Below are positions 31,673 through 32,000 of a stretch of 32,000 nucleotides of DNA, in pieces. The notes beneath the pieces are model-generated. The model saw only the letters and a program-made list of their open reading frames with translations. It made no database searches and was not told where the DNA came from. Origin of the DNA: Candidatus Iainarchaeum sp. GTDB taxonomy: Archaea; Iainarchaeota; Iainarchaeia; Iainarchaeales; JAZDEL01. Position 1 is the stretch's first letter, and each line of letters begins with the position of its first letter. Location of the stretch: NCBI GenBank assembly GCA_043808785.1, contig JAZDEL010000006.1, forward strand, positions 60,001-92,000, given 5' to 3'. A program made the translations under genes and the position numbers.

Positions 31673-32000
31673 TTAACCTCTCTTTTTATTCTCTTTCCTT
31701 TCCCCCGCGGGTTTTGCCGCCTTCTTTCGCAGATTGACGAGAATTTCCGCTGCGTTATCCGCGGATATCCTGCCGCATTTTGCCATTTCCCCCGCAACCT
31801 TCTCAATTTCCCCGCCTTTTGCCCCCGCTGCAACCGCAACATTCTTCGCATGCAGCCCCATGTGCCCTTTCTGTATCCCCTCCTTCACAATCGCGCGGTT
31901 TGCGGCAAATGTCTGCGCAAGCCCGACAGCGCAGCACACCTCCGCAAGCTCCTTCGCGCTTTTAATTCCCATAATTTTCAATGCAATTTTTGCAAGAGGG
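31673..32000 (-). CDS. HMG-CoA reductase, class II-like, C-terminal part (5' end lies outside the window)
   Basis: The frame stays open to the window edge. GLAQTFAANRAIVKEGIQKGHMGLHAKNVAVAAGA matches the class II motif around the catalytic His (GIQ.GHM.LHA.N). Confidence 0.75.
   Translation of the reverse strand, partial: PLAKIALKIMGIKSAKELAEVCCAVGLAQTFAANRAIVKEGIQKGHMGLHAKNVAVAAGAKGGEIEKVAGEMAKCGRISADNAAEILVNLRKKAAKPAGERKENKKRG

Overview
The window is archaeal, probably from an uncultivated lineage. Evidence: TFE-alpha, aTrm56, archaeal DtdA, an intron-containing initiator tRNA-Met, TATA boxes about 25-30 nt upstream of many ATGs (leaderless-type promoters), and the archaeal anhydromevalonate-type mevalonate pathway. 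All calls come from reading motifs in the ORF translations and the DNA; no database search was run.

Layout:
- 1-1.7 kb: aTrm56 3' end, an ORFan, tfe, and tRNA-iMet(CAT) with a short intron.
- 1.7-6.3 kb: accessory-looking segment. It has a repeat-rich 490-bp non-coding stretch, ORFans, a PRC-barrel gene and a XerA-like tyrosine recombinase.
- 6.4-15.5 kb: housekeeping genes (HAD hydrolase, NadE, transketolase, aminotransferase, two sugar-nucleotide epimerase/dehydratases).
- 15.5-19.9 kb: ORFan island with a free-standing LAGLIDADG endonuclease.
- 19.9-20.8 kb: DtdA.
- 20.8-32 kb: one minus-strand supercluster encoding the whole acetyl-CoA to IPP/DMAPP route. Gene order is HMGR, HMGS, thiolase, [LAGLIDADG ORF], DUF35, MVK, UbiX, UbiD-type decarboxylase, [CheY-like receiver ORF], AcnX large and small subunits, IPK, IDI.

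The most unusual signal is not a gene. It is a dispersed bipartite element of about 47 nt: ACTTCTACATAAC, then a variable 26-nt spacer that partly forms a hairpin, then GCTCCCTT. At least six copies occur. The four copies lying just downstream of a gene sit 12-31 nt past its stop codon and in that gene's orientation; a fifth overlaps an ORF 3' end. Related GTTATGTA/TACATAAC palindromes and two further repeat families concentrate in the accessory regions near the recombinase and the homing endonuclease.
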